Shown one piece after another: positions 26,462 through 38,839 of a stretch of 64,000 nt of DNA. The notes under the pieces were generated by a model that did no database searches, was not told the origin of the DNA, and saw nothing but the letters and a program-made list of their open reading frames with translations. Position numbers and translations under genes: made by a program. Within the stretch, counting starts at the first letter, position 1, and each line of letters starts with the position of its first letter. The stretch comes from Eledone cirrhosa (Eukaryota): positions 217,062,001 through 217,126,000 of the forward strand of contig OZ024741.1 in assembly GCA_964016885.1 (NCBI GenBank), given 5' to 3'.

Positions 26462-27318
26462 TTTCTATTTATTCCATGTGAAGAATGTGGGAACCTCATG
26501 ATAAATGAAGGTCTCAGCAAAGTCATCTTCTCCACAAAGCTTTAAAAAAACGGTGAGCGTTGTGTCTGGAGGAGACGCAACAATCAATTGTGCATTTTCG
26601 TCAGTGTAATATATCCTCTGACCATTTTCCAAATGGGCTGCAAGGTTCACTACTGCTGGGTGTCTAATGTGTATGTCAAAACCAAAGATTCTCCATATGG
26701 CTTCAATGCTAGAAATATATCTCCGTTAGATATGGTTTAATTTCATTCAATTGGTTATCGCCACCAATAGTAAAAGTTGACATATCACTACCTTTGTTGA
26801 CATATTTACAAACATACTTAATTGATTTTACTGATACGTGGTACTCACAATTGATGTGAGCATAAGTATTTTGCAGAGGATTGTAGGGAACGACCCACTT
26901 GTTACCAACCTGAACATCTTGACCTCGTATCTTGATAATCGCAGTTCTTCCACCACAATGGGGGCTTCTGTCTGTATTGAGGATAGCCGTCATCACCAGT
27001 TACGGTTACTTGTTGAAAAGGCCTTGGATATCATTTTTCACATTTGTTACCTCCCATGCACACACACACTTAGGGTTGATACTGCCACATGGACCATGTA
27101 TCATTTGTTTTGAGATAATGGCAAATAGTTCTGGGTCTTTCGACAGGATCGGGCAATTAGCCGCTCATGATTTTATCAATTTGATCTGAGTGAGTGAGGT
27201 CTGAACACCAAAGTAGCGTGTGGGAATGAGGAAGACCTCTTTTCTGCCATTCAATTGTGTAAAGCCAACATCTTAGTTCGCCAAAGATTTGTCCATCTTT
27301 TAGCAGCCACATCAAGAT
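26462..27318 (-). pseudogene. Helitron Rep domain, downstream part (frameshifted; helicase absent)
   Basis: LMWLLKDGQIFGELRCWLYTIEWQKRGLPHSH (HUH motif), MIHGPCG, NKWVVPYNP, AHINCEY..SVKSIKYVCKYVNKGSD, LAAHLENGQRIYY. Confidence 0.92.
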
Positions 27319-27617
27319 TGTAGCGCTCTCTAGACAGGAAGTAGTTGGGGTTACTTCCTGTTGAAATTCCAGAACCTTCTTTGTGACTTCCGTCCAGGGA
27401 ACTATAAAGGAGAGAGCTAAAAGCTATCTTTCTCTTTTTCACCTCTTGGCCGCCTGGCCTTAAGGCCAGGCATGGTTACGCCAAAGGTATACTCTCTTTC
27501 TGGCGGTTTTCTTCACAAGCTGACAACACTGAAGACAAACATGTAAACTTTTCTCTAACCACCTATCATGGATCTGGACTATACCTAATTATGTACAAGA
27601 ATATTTGTTTACCAACA
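27319..27617 (+). mobile_element. 5' LTR of deleted Gypsy element (299 bp)
   Basis: Begins TG, direct repeat of 29559-29857 with about 6 differences, followed by PBS-like tggtgac. Confidence 0.88.
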
Positions 27618-29558
27618 ACCAATATGGTGACTGCTGCCTTCCTTTCATTTTCGAGCAGCCATCTTGTCTTCTTCGTTTCGTCATTTTCCCGCGGGGTGGA
27701 TTTTACCAACACACTCATTGCTATTCATCTCAAAGAATAGTTCGGCCACGAGCTACTTTATTAATGCCAGTAAAAAAATTGCGACATCTTGCGTCGTAAA
27801 TTGACGTCACTTGCTGGGCATTTTTATGCGGTCAGCTTCTTAAAAGAAACTTATCTGGACATTTCCTGTGACCAGTTCTCCTGCTGCAAATTGGAATATT
27901 TACCTCTTCCATCTTCTGAAGGAAAAATTCTCTGCGATATTTCTACTGGCTCTCCCAGACCACTTGTTCCAGATTGCCAGCTAAAGTAGAGGCGATTCAG
28001 AAATTAACACCACCAACATCATTGAAACAATTACACCACTTTTTTTAGGATTAATTAACTTTTATCGTCGCTTTATTCCTAACTGCGCGGACAAGTTATT
28101 CCCCTTGACAATTTTTAAGGGCTGCAAAAAAGAAAGATGAAAAAATTTCACTTTCTGCCGATGCATTGCAGTCTTTTAAATCCGTCGAGTCTGAGCTAGC
28201 TAAAGTTTCCTTCCTTGCCCATCCTGTTGCAAATGCGAGACTTTCCTTATCGTGCTATTGGCGCAGTTTTGCATCATGTATTCGATCACCAAGTTCAACC
28301 ATTGGCATTTTTATCTCGCCAATTAAAACTAGCAGAACAGAGATCTAGCACCTTTGACAGAGAACTTTTGGAGGAGCGGGAGTTCACGATATTCACGATC
28401 ACAAACCGTTAACGTTCGCTTTACAATCCAAGTCCGACAAGTACTCTCCGAGAGCGTATAGGCATCTGGATCTCATCTCACAGTATACCAGTGACATTCA
28501 TCACATAGCTGGAACTTCAACATACCTGCGGACGCACTATCTCGACTTTCTGTGTGTTCTCTTGCGTCTCCTGCACATATCGATTTAGTTGCCATTGCAA
28601 CTGACCAACCTACCTTGGAATCGTTGGACATGAACAGCATCATCATCAACAATAGCTACTGGTAAAACATTTGCCACAACACCAACGGCGATTTCACAGC
28701 AACATAACAGAAGTGGTAGTTTCATACTTTTACCGCCACCGCCAACAACAACTTTTATAACAATTAATGCAAGAACAGCAACTTTGAAAACATTTTGCAC
28801 ATTTTCGCCCATGTCAGACTTTATTTGTTTTCTATTAGACCCTGGGTGGTCATGTTATAAATAGCAAACAGCCAGTCATTTGACACAGCGGCATACATAA
28901 CACTGGCCTCTTAGCGCCTCATTCATAATTTTCTTCTTGCATTCATTCATTCATTTTTTTTATTGATGTGCTCTTTTTCAGCGTTTTCACACTGGTGACG
29001 TGTCCGAATTCATTTTTTCTTATTTTTCACCCTTCTGGTCTATACAGGGAATATTGTAGCAAAGCTTCTTGCCAGTAGACCGTGCATTCCTCTGCTTAAA
29101 ACTCTTAATTTTGTTTGTTACTGTTTGTTTGACATGTTATCTCAACTCAACTAAACTCTTTGTATTTAGTTGTAAAAATGGCCACGAAAACTCTCAAAAA
29201 CAATATACATTTAAACCCCAGTGGCATGCATTGACATACCTCTTCTTTTTCAGTTTTCAGATAGAACTAGTGTCAGAAAAGTCTGTACACTAGTGATGTA
29301 TGAACTATTGGACTTTGAAAAACATTGATTTTTACCATTGAGCATCAATATTCTCTGTTCCTTTGTATGACTACGATTTATCATTCGTTACATTCAAACA
29401 TTCTTTGTAAAAATGCATTATTTGTTTTATGCTCATTTTGTTATTTGCTTGCTCATGTTTGATTCATTCATGTTCTTGTACCTTTTGTTTTGCTCCTCAT
29501 GTTCTCGCTACAATGATTTTCGTTTGGTCATTCGACTTCTCGTCTGAGAGGGGAGTCT
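27618..29558 (+). mobile_element. Internally deleted Ty3/Gypsy retrotransposon with pol remnants
   Basis: LGLINFYRRFIPNCA, AIGAVL..QPLAFLSRQLKLAEQRSSTFDRELL, TDHKPLTFAL, ADALSR, ILCDISTGSPRPLVP; purine-rich tract gagaggggag just before the 3' LTR. Confidence 0.88.
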
Positions 29559-29857
29559 TGTAGCACTCTCTAGACAGGAAGTAGCTGGAGTTACTTCCCG
29601 TTGAAATTCCAGAACCTTCTTTGTGACTTCCGTCCAGGGAACTATAAAGGAGAGAGCTAAAAGCTATCTTTCTCTTTTTCACCTCTTGGCCGCCTGGCCT
29701 TAAGGCCAGGCATGGTTACGCCAAAGGTATACTCTCTTTCTGGCGGTTTTCTTCTCAAGCTGACAACACTGAAGACAAGCATGTAAACTTTTCTCTAACC
29801 ACCTATCATGGATCTGGACTATACCTAATTATGTACAAGAATATTTGTTTACCAACA
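29559..29857 (+). mobile_element. 3' LTR of deleted Gypsy element (299 bp)
   Basis: Direct repeat of 27319-27617. Confidence 0.88.
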
Positions 29858-30073
29858 ATTATAACATGAAGCTACAATAAAAATGAAGACTTATAATATT
29901 CGATACCCGTTCCGAGAAACTGCTTACGTTTTATCATTACCTTTGTAATGGGAATTAACTCTCATTCGACATGGTGTTATGTAAAAATATCTTATCCTTT
30001 TCTTTATAAAAATTAGTAGTCAGATTCCGGTAACATTTACTCGAGTAAATAACCCTGGGTCCAGCAACACTAA

Positions 30074-31676
30074 AAGATCTTCTGTTTCTCATTGAAAATT
30101 CTGGCAATGATGTCATGTCTATCTTTTACATATTGGTGTTCAAACAGTTCATTTTAAATTTCTAGCCACGTAGGATTGCATGTAAATGTAATGAAAACAT
30201 CTGGACAACCAAATTTTCTTACATGTGCCATGGCATCTTCTGTGCGCTCAGTCATATAGCGTGGACTGTCTGTGAAGCTGGATGGCAGAATGATTGGCTG
30301 ACCAACACTGGAAGGGTTCGTTCCATCAGTTATAATGGTGTCTCTCAAATGGGTGTATTGCTCTGCTCTGAGTTTAGCTTGGTTGTTTTTAATGAATGCC
30401 AATTGTTCAGCTTCAATCTTGCATAAACATCAACCATTAATTGGCTTGTAAGTCTTCCCATTCTTAGGATATGGTTAAAGCAATCTCTTACCGTGAAGTG
30501 AAATGGATAAAAATGTTTGCAACTGACCGATTTATTAGTTTCCTTGCCTGTACTGGAGTTTACTTGTCTTAAGGCGACTTGTCAGGATGGATAATCCATC
30601 CTGACCTCTCCAAAAAGTCAAAGGATACTGAAGAGCATCGTAATTGGTCAGATCTCTTCTGTACAATGATGGCTCTGAATTTATGTTGTTCATTGACCAT
30701 CAGTACAGCCACTTCGTCTTCCAGTGGCTTGTTGTAACGTCTTTTGTGTTCTTTTGCTGGGTTTTTTATCAGGTCTAATGGTAATTTTATACATGGGGTT
30801 TGCCTTTTCTTTTTTCTAAGACAGATTTGAATATTCTCATGTAATGATGGTTTTTATGTAGCATATTTTGCAGACTGCTAATAACTTGTACCTGAAGACC
30901 ACTGGAAATATTTCTGCATCGTTGAATAGCTTCTTGTTCGTTGTTGCCCAAAAAGTAAATTTGAATGAATTTTGGTTCCTCATTAGGCTGGGGGAGTAAA
31001 CTGCCGATTAAATGGTAGCATTGTCCTTGGATTTTAAAATGTGAAATAACCATAGTCAGTATGATCTTTTCAGTTGCAAAGGACATCATCTGAAATGCAG
31101 CATTATACCGCATAACATTGCTCCTGAAGTGTTTAGCTTCGTTAGTATGGTTTGTAAGCAGTATACGAATAACAGGTGGAGGGTCTTCTATCAGTCTTCT
31201 ATCAGTGGAAATCTGACCTTTCCTCCTAAGCAACACACGCTAAGTGTTTCTCATTTCCATTTTCTCGCTCAACAACTACTACATATAATATCCATGCTAC
31301 CAATCGTGACTTTAGGATCATTTCTATAATTTTTCGATGGATCATATGAAAACGCAGCTCTTAGCCAGTTTATTTTGCCTTAAAGAGTCCTTTGTGCTCG
31401 TCGAGTTAGCATCGCAACTGTCATTGCCTCTCGGTGATTTTCATATTCAGCCTCCATTTGTTGCGATTGTCTTTCTTCTTGCCTTAGTCTTTCTTCTTGC
31501 CTTAATCTTTCTGTTTGCTGTCTCAGGTTCTGTACACTTTCAGAAAGTTGTGATCGTCTTTCTTGTTGTCTTAATCTTTCTGTTTCGCATCTCTGAGTTT
31601 CTCTTTCACTTGAAGATTTCAACCGTTTGGCGGACATTGTAACTACACCGATAGAAGAGCGGAGTTTTTGTGACAT
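30074..31676 (-). pseudogene. Helitron RepHel N-terminal part (charged repeats, zinc finger, Helitron_like_N), disrupted
   Basis: ERLRQ repeats, CSSC..CCLGGKV, YNAAFQMMSF, FKIQGQCYHLIGSLLP..PKFIQIYF, LRAEQY, IILPSSFTDSPRYM, PDVFITFTCNPTW, RHDIIARIF; stops and frameshifts. Confidence 0.92.
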
Positions 31677-32039
31677 GATGAAATTAAGTTTCTTGGAAAA
31701 TATCGTGGAAAAAAAAACAATACAAGGTAATATAAAAAAATAGAAATAAATACAAATCGCAGCATTAGAGAATAGGTTAACTCTGTCATCTGAATTAGGT
31801 GAATAATATGACACTGTCCTCAAACAGCTAAATTAATATACACCGTAGATTAATTTCAAATAGTATCAATTTTTTTCTGTGTTCTGTAAAATAGGTTTGT
31901 GTTGTAGTTAGTATCACCAAACTTTCAAGGACTGCTGTAAAACGACAAACCTACTGATACTTTGATCTATTGTGGAACGCTACACACACACACATACACA
32001 CACATCTTCAACGTGTTATATTGTTTTGATCCAAATGAA

Positions 32040-33706
32040 AATAAAAATTACATGTTGTTAATCCCGGGGTCTAATACTTGTAAAATTTGATTTGATTTGG
32101 TCGAGCCGCTTGAGAATGCATAAGGAAAAAACAGACAGACGGAGAGACAAAAAATCTAATATAGAGAGAGACTAGCAGAAAACCACCCGGGGGCGGTTTT
32201 CTGCTAGTCTATATATCTAAAACAGAGAATGTCTGTCTGTCTGTCAGCTCACTAAAACTTGAGAACCATCCAACCGATTGTTTTCAAACTTTAGACATGT
32301 AATACTTATGGTCCTGTGGGTGTTTTGAGCAAAAATTATTTCAAATTTTCAATGCCCTAGGGACCGCATTAGGCGATTTAGCATTCTCTCTATATAATTC
32401 TTAGTCTTTCTTTTTAGATAGATACATAGATAGAACGTTGCGCCCTTATAATATCTGTCTGTATGTCTGGCTGTCTGCATTACGTCATTATGACGCGCTC
32501 AGCGCGATTCCCTCGGCCTCAGTGACCAAAGTCAGTGGAGAGGGGAAGGTAATGTTTCTGTAGCACGTGTTTTAGCGTCTATTCACTCTCTCTCTCTCCC
32601 TCTCTCCCTCCCGCTATCCCCCTCTCGTAGTCTGTCTCTTTCTTTCACTCTCACTCTCTCTCTACGCACGTGTTTCCACTGTCGGACAGACAGACAGAGA
32701 AATTGCTGGTTATATATATATAAGTAGACTAGCAGAAAACCACCCGGTGGGCGGTTTTCTGCTAGCAAATCTAGTGTATATACTGATATTGTTGAGATTT
32801 GGATGAGAAATGTTTTCGGCACCACATGTTCACCGTCTCTCGGTGTGTCTTTTATGCATGTATAAATATATATGTTATCTATACGGTGAAATCTTTGAAA
32901 TAAATATATGTTAAAACGAAAAAGGAGAAAATAAATAACTGGCGGTTAGAAAAAATATTCCTATGAAATTTTAATCATACCATTAGGTGTGAATAAGGAA
33001 ATATTTTTTTTATTGTCAAAACAAATGTTCAAAAGTTAAACTTCAATTTTTTGAATTATTTCCAATTTTTTCATGAAATTGAACACTGGACATTGGCTGC
33101 TGGAAATGGAAATTAAATCGTATTTAATTGTATTTAAATTTCTAACCTTATTTTATTATTTATATTTTTTCAATAAGAAATAAAAAAACAACAACAAAAA
33201 TTGAAGAAAAAAATTGAACAAATCAAACGTAGGTTATGGAACTGCACAATCTTCTTCAAATGGTCCTTATTATCAGCAACAACCACAAATTCAAACGTAG
33301 GTTATGGAACTGCGCAACCTTCTTCAAATGGTCCTTATTATCAGCAACAACCACAAATTCAATGGCAACCTTCTTCAAACCACAAATTCAATGGCAACCT
33401 TCTTCGCATGGTGTCAAGTCAGAACCGCCTCGAACTGGTTACTTCTGGCTTGTGCAAGGTGTCTATAGCAGCCAGCGATTCCCTCGGCCTCAGTGACCAA
33501 AGTCAGTGGAGAGGGGAAGGTAATATTTCTGTAGCACGTGTTTTAGCGTCTATTCATCCTCTCTCTCTCCCTCTCTCCCTCTCTCCCTCCCGCTATCCCC
33601 CTCTCGTAGTCTGTCTCTTTCTTTCACTCTCACTCTCTCTTCTACGCACGTGTTTCCACTGTCGGACAGACAGACAGAGAAATTGCTGGTTATATATATA
33701 AGTAGA
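32040..33706. mobile_element. Cluster of Helitron termini (5' TC ends and CTAG-ended hairpins)
   Basis: Palindromes ctagcagaaaacc..ggttttctgctag at 32172-32207 and 32729-32765 abut TC(TA)n..gtctgtctg starts; 32506-32728 is duplicated at about 33476-33706. Confidence 0.7.
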
Positions 33707-33919
33707 TGATATTCTTAAAAAATGTCCTTGAAACGTCGTATTCCAATATGGCCACTCCTACGACTCATTCAGAAATTACGAGAAGAGAAAGAAAGAAGCA
33801 CATTCCATTTGTTGAGCAGCTGGAACATTCTGCATTAAAACATTTACTTCAAAAGCCTTTGTAAGCATAAATAATGCTTAAGCATGCGTTTCTAATTATT
33901 TCAAAGATAAGCAAATGAG

Positions 33920-35476
33920 CCGCCTATCCTATAAGGAGACAGCCTATTCAATGTGCCGCCGGTCCTATAAGGAGACAGCCTATTCAATGTGCTGCTGGTC
34001 TTATAAGGAGACAGCCTATTCAATGTGCCGCCGGTCCTATAAGGAGAGAGCCTATTCAATGTGCCGCCGGTCCTATAAGGAAACAGCCTATTCAATGTGC
34101 CGCTGGTCTTATAAGGAGACAGCCTATTCAATGTGCCGCCGGTCCTATAAGGAGACAGCCTATTCAATGTGCCGCCGGTCCTATAAGGAGACAGCCTATT
34201 CAATGTGCCGCCGGTCTTATAAGGAGACAGCATATTCAATGTGCCGCTGGTCCTATAAGGAGACAGCCTATTCAATGTGCCGCCGGTCCTATAAGGAGAC
34301 AGCCTATTCAATGTGCTGCTGGTCTTATAAGGAGACAGCCTATTCAATGTGCCGCCGGTCCTATAAGGACACAGCCTATTCAATGTGCTGCTGGTCTTAT
34401 AAGGAGACAGCCTATTCAATGTGCCGCCTGTCTTATAAGGAGACAGCCTATTCAATGTGCCGCCTGTCTTATAAGGAGACAGCCTATTCAATGTGCCGCT
34501 GGTCCTATAAGGAGACAGCCTATTCAATGTGCCGCTGGTCCTATAAGGAGACAGCCTATTCAATGTGCCGCCGGTCCTATAAGGAGACAGCCTATTCAAT
34601 GTGCCGCCGGTCCTATAAGGAGACAGCCTATTCAATGTGCCGCCGGTCTTATAAGGAGACAGCATATTCAATGTGCCGCCGGTCCTATAAGGAGACAGCC
34701 TATTCAATGTGCTGCTGGTCTTATAAGGAGACAGCCTATTCAATGTGCCGCTGGTCCTATAAGGAGACAGCCTATTCAATGTGCCGCTGGTCCTATAAGG
34801 AGACAGCCTATTCAATGTGCCGCTGGTCTTATAAGGAGACAGCCTATTCAATGTGCCGCCGGTCCTATAAGGAGACAGCCTATTCAATGTGCTGCTGGTC
34901 TTATAAGGAGACAGCCTATTCGATGTGCCGCCGGTCCTATAAGGAGAGAGCCTATTCAATGTGCCGCCGGTCCTATAAGGACACAGCCTATTCAATGTGC
35001 CGCTGGTCTTATAAGGAGACAGCCTATTCAATGTGCCGCTGGTCCTATAAGGAGACAGCCTATTCAATGTACCGCCGGTCCTATAAGGAGACAGCCTATT
35101 CAATGTGCTGCTGGTCTTATAAGGAGACAGCCTATTCAATGTGCCGCTGGTCTTATAAGGAGACAGCCTATTCAATGTGCCGCTGGTCTTATAAGGAGAC
35201 AGCCTATTCAATGTGCCGCTGGTCTTATAAGGAGACAGCCTATTCAATGTGCCGCCTGTCTTATAAGGAGACAGCCTATTCAATGTGCCGCTGGTCTTAT
35301 AAGGAGACAGCCTATTCAATGTGCCGCCTGTCTTATAAGGAGACAGCCTATTCAATGTGCCGCTGGTCTTATAAGGAGACAGCCTATTCAATGTGCCGCT
35401 GGTCTTATAAGGAGACAGCCTATTCAATGTGCCACTGGTCCTATAAGGAGAGAGCCTATTCAATGTGCCGCCTGTG
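33920..35476. repeat. 36-bp minisatellite, about 43 copies
   Basis: Unit tataaggagacagcctattcaatgtgc(c/t)gc(c/t)ggtc(c/t). Confidence 0.97.
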
Positions 35477-35554
35477 CTACAGTAGAATTGCCTATACATT
35501 AGTTTAACATGCAAGTGGTTGAGTATTCCGCAAGTGTGATTTAATGCGATATAC

Positions 35555-37470
35555 TGTGTGTGTGAGTGTGTGATAGTGAGTGTGTAAGTGTGATGGTGTA
35601 TGTGTGTGTGATAGTGGGTATGTGAGCGTGATAGTGGGTGTATGTATGTGTGTGTGATGGTGTATTGTAGCGGTTTGTATATGTGTGTGTGTGAGTGCGT
35701 GGTAGTATGTGTGTGGTGGTATGTGTGTGCATGATAGTGTATGAGTGTGCGTAATAGTGAGTGTGTGTGATATTGTGTGTGTGATAGTGTATGTGTGTGT
35801 GTCCATGGTGTGTGTGTGTGTCATAGTGTGTGTGATAGTGTATATGTGTGTGTATAGTAGTATGTGTGTATATGTGTATATGTGTGTGTGTGTGTGATGG
35901 TGTGTGTGTGTGTCATAGTGTGTGGGATAGTGTATGTGTGTGTGTGTGTAGTAGTATGGTGGTGGTGATGGTTGTGGTGGTTGCGGCGCTGCTGGTGGTG
36001 GTGGTGGTGGTGGTGGTGGTTGTGGTTCTGGTTCTGGTTGTGGTGTGGCTGTGGTTGTGGTAGTGGTAGTGGTGGTGGTTGTGGTAGTAGTGGTGGTTGT
36101 GGTGGTGGTTGTGGTTGTGGTGGTGTTTGTGGTAGTGGTTGTGGTGGTGGTTGTCGTTGTGGTTGTGGTTGTGGTTGTGGTAGTGGTGGTGGTTGTGGTA
36201 GTGGTTGTGGTAGTAGTAGTAGTTGTGGTAGTGGTTGTGGTAGTGGTTGTGGTTGTGGTAGTGGTGGTGGTTGTGGTAGTGGTTGTGGTAGTGGTAGTAG
36301 TGATGGTTGTGATTGTGGTAGTGGTTGTGGTAGTGGTGGTGGTTGTGGTTTTAGTTGTGGTAGTTGTTGTGGTAGTGGTTGTGGTTGTGGTTTTGGTAGT
36401 GGTTGTGGTGGTGGTGGTTGTGGTTTTGGTAGTGGTGGTGGTAGTGGTTGTGGTTGTGGTAGTGGTGGTGGTTGTGGTTTTAGTTGTGGTTGTGGTTGTG
36501 GTAGTGGTGGTGGTTGGGGTAGTGGTAGTGGTTGTGGTAGTGTTTGTATTTGTGATAGTGGTTGTGGTAGTAGTAGTAGTCGTGGTAGTAGTTGTGGTTG
36601 TGGTAGTGGTTATGTTGTAGTAGTTGTGGTAATGGTAGTGGTTGTGATTGTGGTTGTGGTTGTGGTAGTGGTTGCGGTAGTGGTTGTGCTAGTGGTGGTG
36701 GTTTTGGTAGTGGTAGTGGTAGTGGTTGCGGTAGTGGTTGTGCTAGTGGTGGTGGTTTTGGTAGTGGTTGTGGTTGTGGTAGTCGTGGTGGTTGTGGTTT
36801 TAGTTGTGGTAGTGGTTGTGGTAGTATTTGTGGTAGTGGTGGTGGAGGTGGTGGTAGTGATTGTGGTTGTGGTAGTGGTTGTGGTTGTGGTTGTGGTTGG
36901 GGTTGTGGTAGTGGTTGTGGTTGTATTTGTGGTAGTGGTTGTGGTATTAGTAGTAGTTGTGGGAGTGGTTGTGGTTGTGGTAGTGGTTGTGGTGATGGTG
37001 GTGGTGGTTGTGGTAGTGGTGGTTGTGGTAGTGGTGGTGGTGGTGGTTGTGGTTCTGGCAGTAGTTGTGGTTGTGGTTGTGGTTGTGGTTGTGGTAGTGA
37101 TGGTGGTTGTAGTAGTGGTTGTAGTTGTGGTTGTGATTGTGGCTGTGGTTGAGGTAGTGGTTGTGGTAATGGTTGTGGTAGTGGTAGTAGTAGTGGTAGT
37201 GGTGGTGGTAGTGGTAGTAGTAGTAGTGGTAGTGGTTTTGGTAGTGGTTGTGATTGTGGTTGTGGTTGTGGTAGTGGTTGTGGCAGTGGTAGTGGTAGTA
37301 GTAGTGGTAGTGGTGGTGGTAGTGGTAGTAGTAGTAATTGTGGTTGTGGTTGTGGTAGCGGCAGTGATGGTGCTTGTGGTTGTGGTTGTGGTAGTGGTTG
37401 TGGTAATGGTAGTGGTGGTGGTAGTGGTAGTGGTTGTGGTAGTGGTAGTGGTAGTGGTAGTGGTAGTGTT
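35555..37470. repeat. (TG)n-rich tract followed by (GTG/GTT/GTA)n trinucleotide tract
   Basis: Low-complexity sequence; produces poly-Val, poly-Thr and Gly/Cys/Ser ORFs. Confidence 0.95.
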
Positions 37471-37600
37471 GGTGAGAATTAAACTGAGGTTACAAATATA
37501 TGCGGAATATTCAACCACTTATACTACAATCCAAAACACCATTGTCACACACTGTGCCATACTGAATCTCCATGAGAATGAAGTTAAGGGTACATATAAA

Positions 37601-37909
37601 CAGAGCCAGATTTAATGAGGGGCAAAGGGGCATTTGCCCTGGTCCCTCTGCAGTGAGCCGCCCACCACCAGCGACGGCCAAGCAACTTATTTGTGCCCTC
37701 AACTGGGCTTTTTAGTTTTAAGATGATTAGAATTTTTTAATTTAATACCTGTATGTCTAACTTTTCAATACCAATTACTTGCGCCAAGCTTACTTTGATA
37801 TGTAAAATAGGGGAGGTTTGCGGTGTATTCTAATTTTTACGTGTATGCAGAGCTCCGCCCAAAAAAACCTGAAGTGTCTCGGGCCGCCCAAATTCTAAAT
37901 CCAACCCTT
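37601..37909. mobile_element. MITE within the duplicated unit (also near 41110 and 44775)
   Basis: Imperfect TIRs cagagccagattta / taaatccaaccct. Confidence 0.55.
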
Positions 37910-38046
37910 ATATTATAATAAAAGATTGACTCTACCTGTAATTCAAAGCCGGTTCACCTTTTGTGGCAAGTGCCCCATTAAATGATGTTAACCTATTTAA
38001 TGTAAATAATGTCGAAATGATAAGACATAAATCATGAACAATGACG

Positions 38047-38512
38047 TACACCAGGTCCCAACACAGAGGAACCAAACTCCCACTGTCATCACATCCATCT
38101 CTCTCACCCTCCCCATCTCTCATGTACACCAGGTCCCAACACAAAGGAGCCAAACTCCCACTGTCATCACCTCCATCTCTCTCACCCTCCCCATCTCTCA
38201 CATACACCAGGTCCCAACACAGAGGAACCAAACTCCCACTGTCATCACCTCCATCTCTCTCACCCTCCCCATCTCTCACATACACCAGGTCCCAACACAG
38301 AGGAGCCAAATTCCCACTGTCATCACCTCCATCTCTCTCACCCTACCCATCTCTCACATACACCAGGTCCCAACACAGAGGAGCCAAACTCCCACTGTCA
38401 TCACCTCCATCTCTCTCACCCTCTCCATCTCTCACGTACACCAGGTCCCAGCACAGAGGAGCCAAACTCCCACTGCCATCGCCTCCATCTTTCTCGCCCT
38501 CCTCATCTCTCA
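38047..38512. repeat. 78-bp minisatellite array A (~6 units)
   Basis: Unit tacaccaggtcccaacacagaggagccaaactcccactgtcatcacctccatctctctcaccctccccatctctcaca. Confidence 0.95.
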
Positions 38513-38839
38513 CTATTATGAGCAAATGGGGTCTCATGTGCTGGCCGCGCCACGGCCCCGGCGGAGAGAATAGAGAAGGCGTTTCCTTGAACGATGGTAA
38601 GGGAGATGCGCTAGAAGACCCATTCCATCTTGCGAGACTCACACCTGCGACTCGCCAGCTCAACGCCTACGATAAAAATTAAAAAAAAACTTGCTCGTAA
38701 TGTCAGACAATGTAATTACACTCACAACCTCATACTTACTAGATGAACTTGTTACCCAGTCAGCCATACCTGCTTAAATCTATGTCTAAACATCTCATTC
38801 TTCATTTGTCTGAGTACTGATGTGTCATCTATCTTACAA

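Noticed and set aside
33920-35476. 36-bp repeats as a CRISPR array or a 530-aa repeat protein gene
   Set aside because: No spacers; open frames follow from the unit length being divisible by three; no splice or domain context
35972-37615. Gly/Cys-rich keratin-associated-like, poly-Val or mucin-like poly-Thr ORFs (also 40290-41124 and 43955-44756)
   Set aside because: Translations of (GTG/GTT/GTA)n microsatellite that shift frame freely and truncate an RTE fragment
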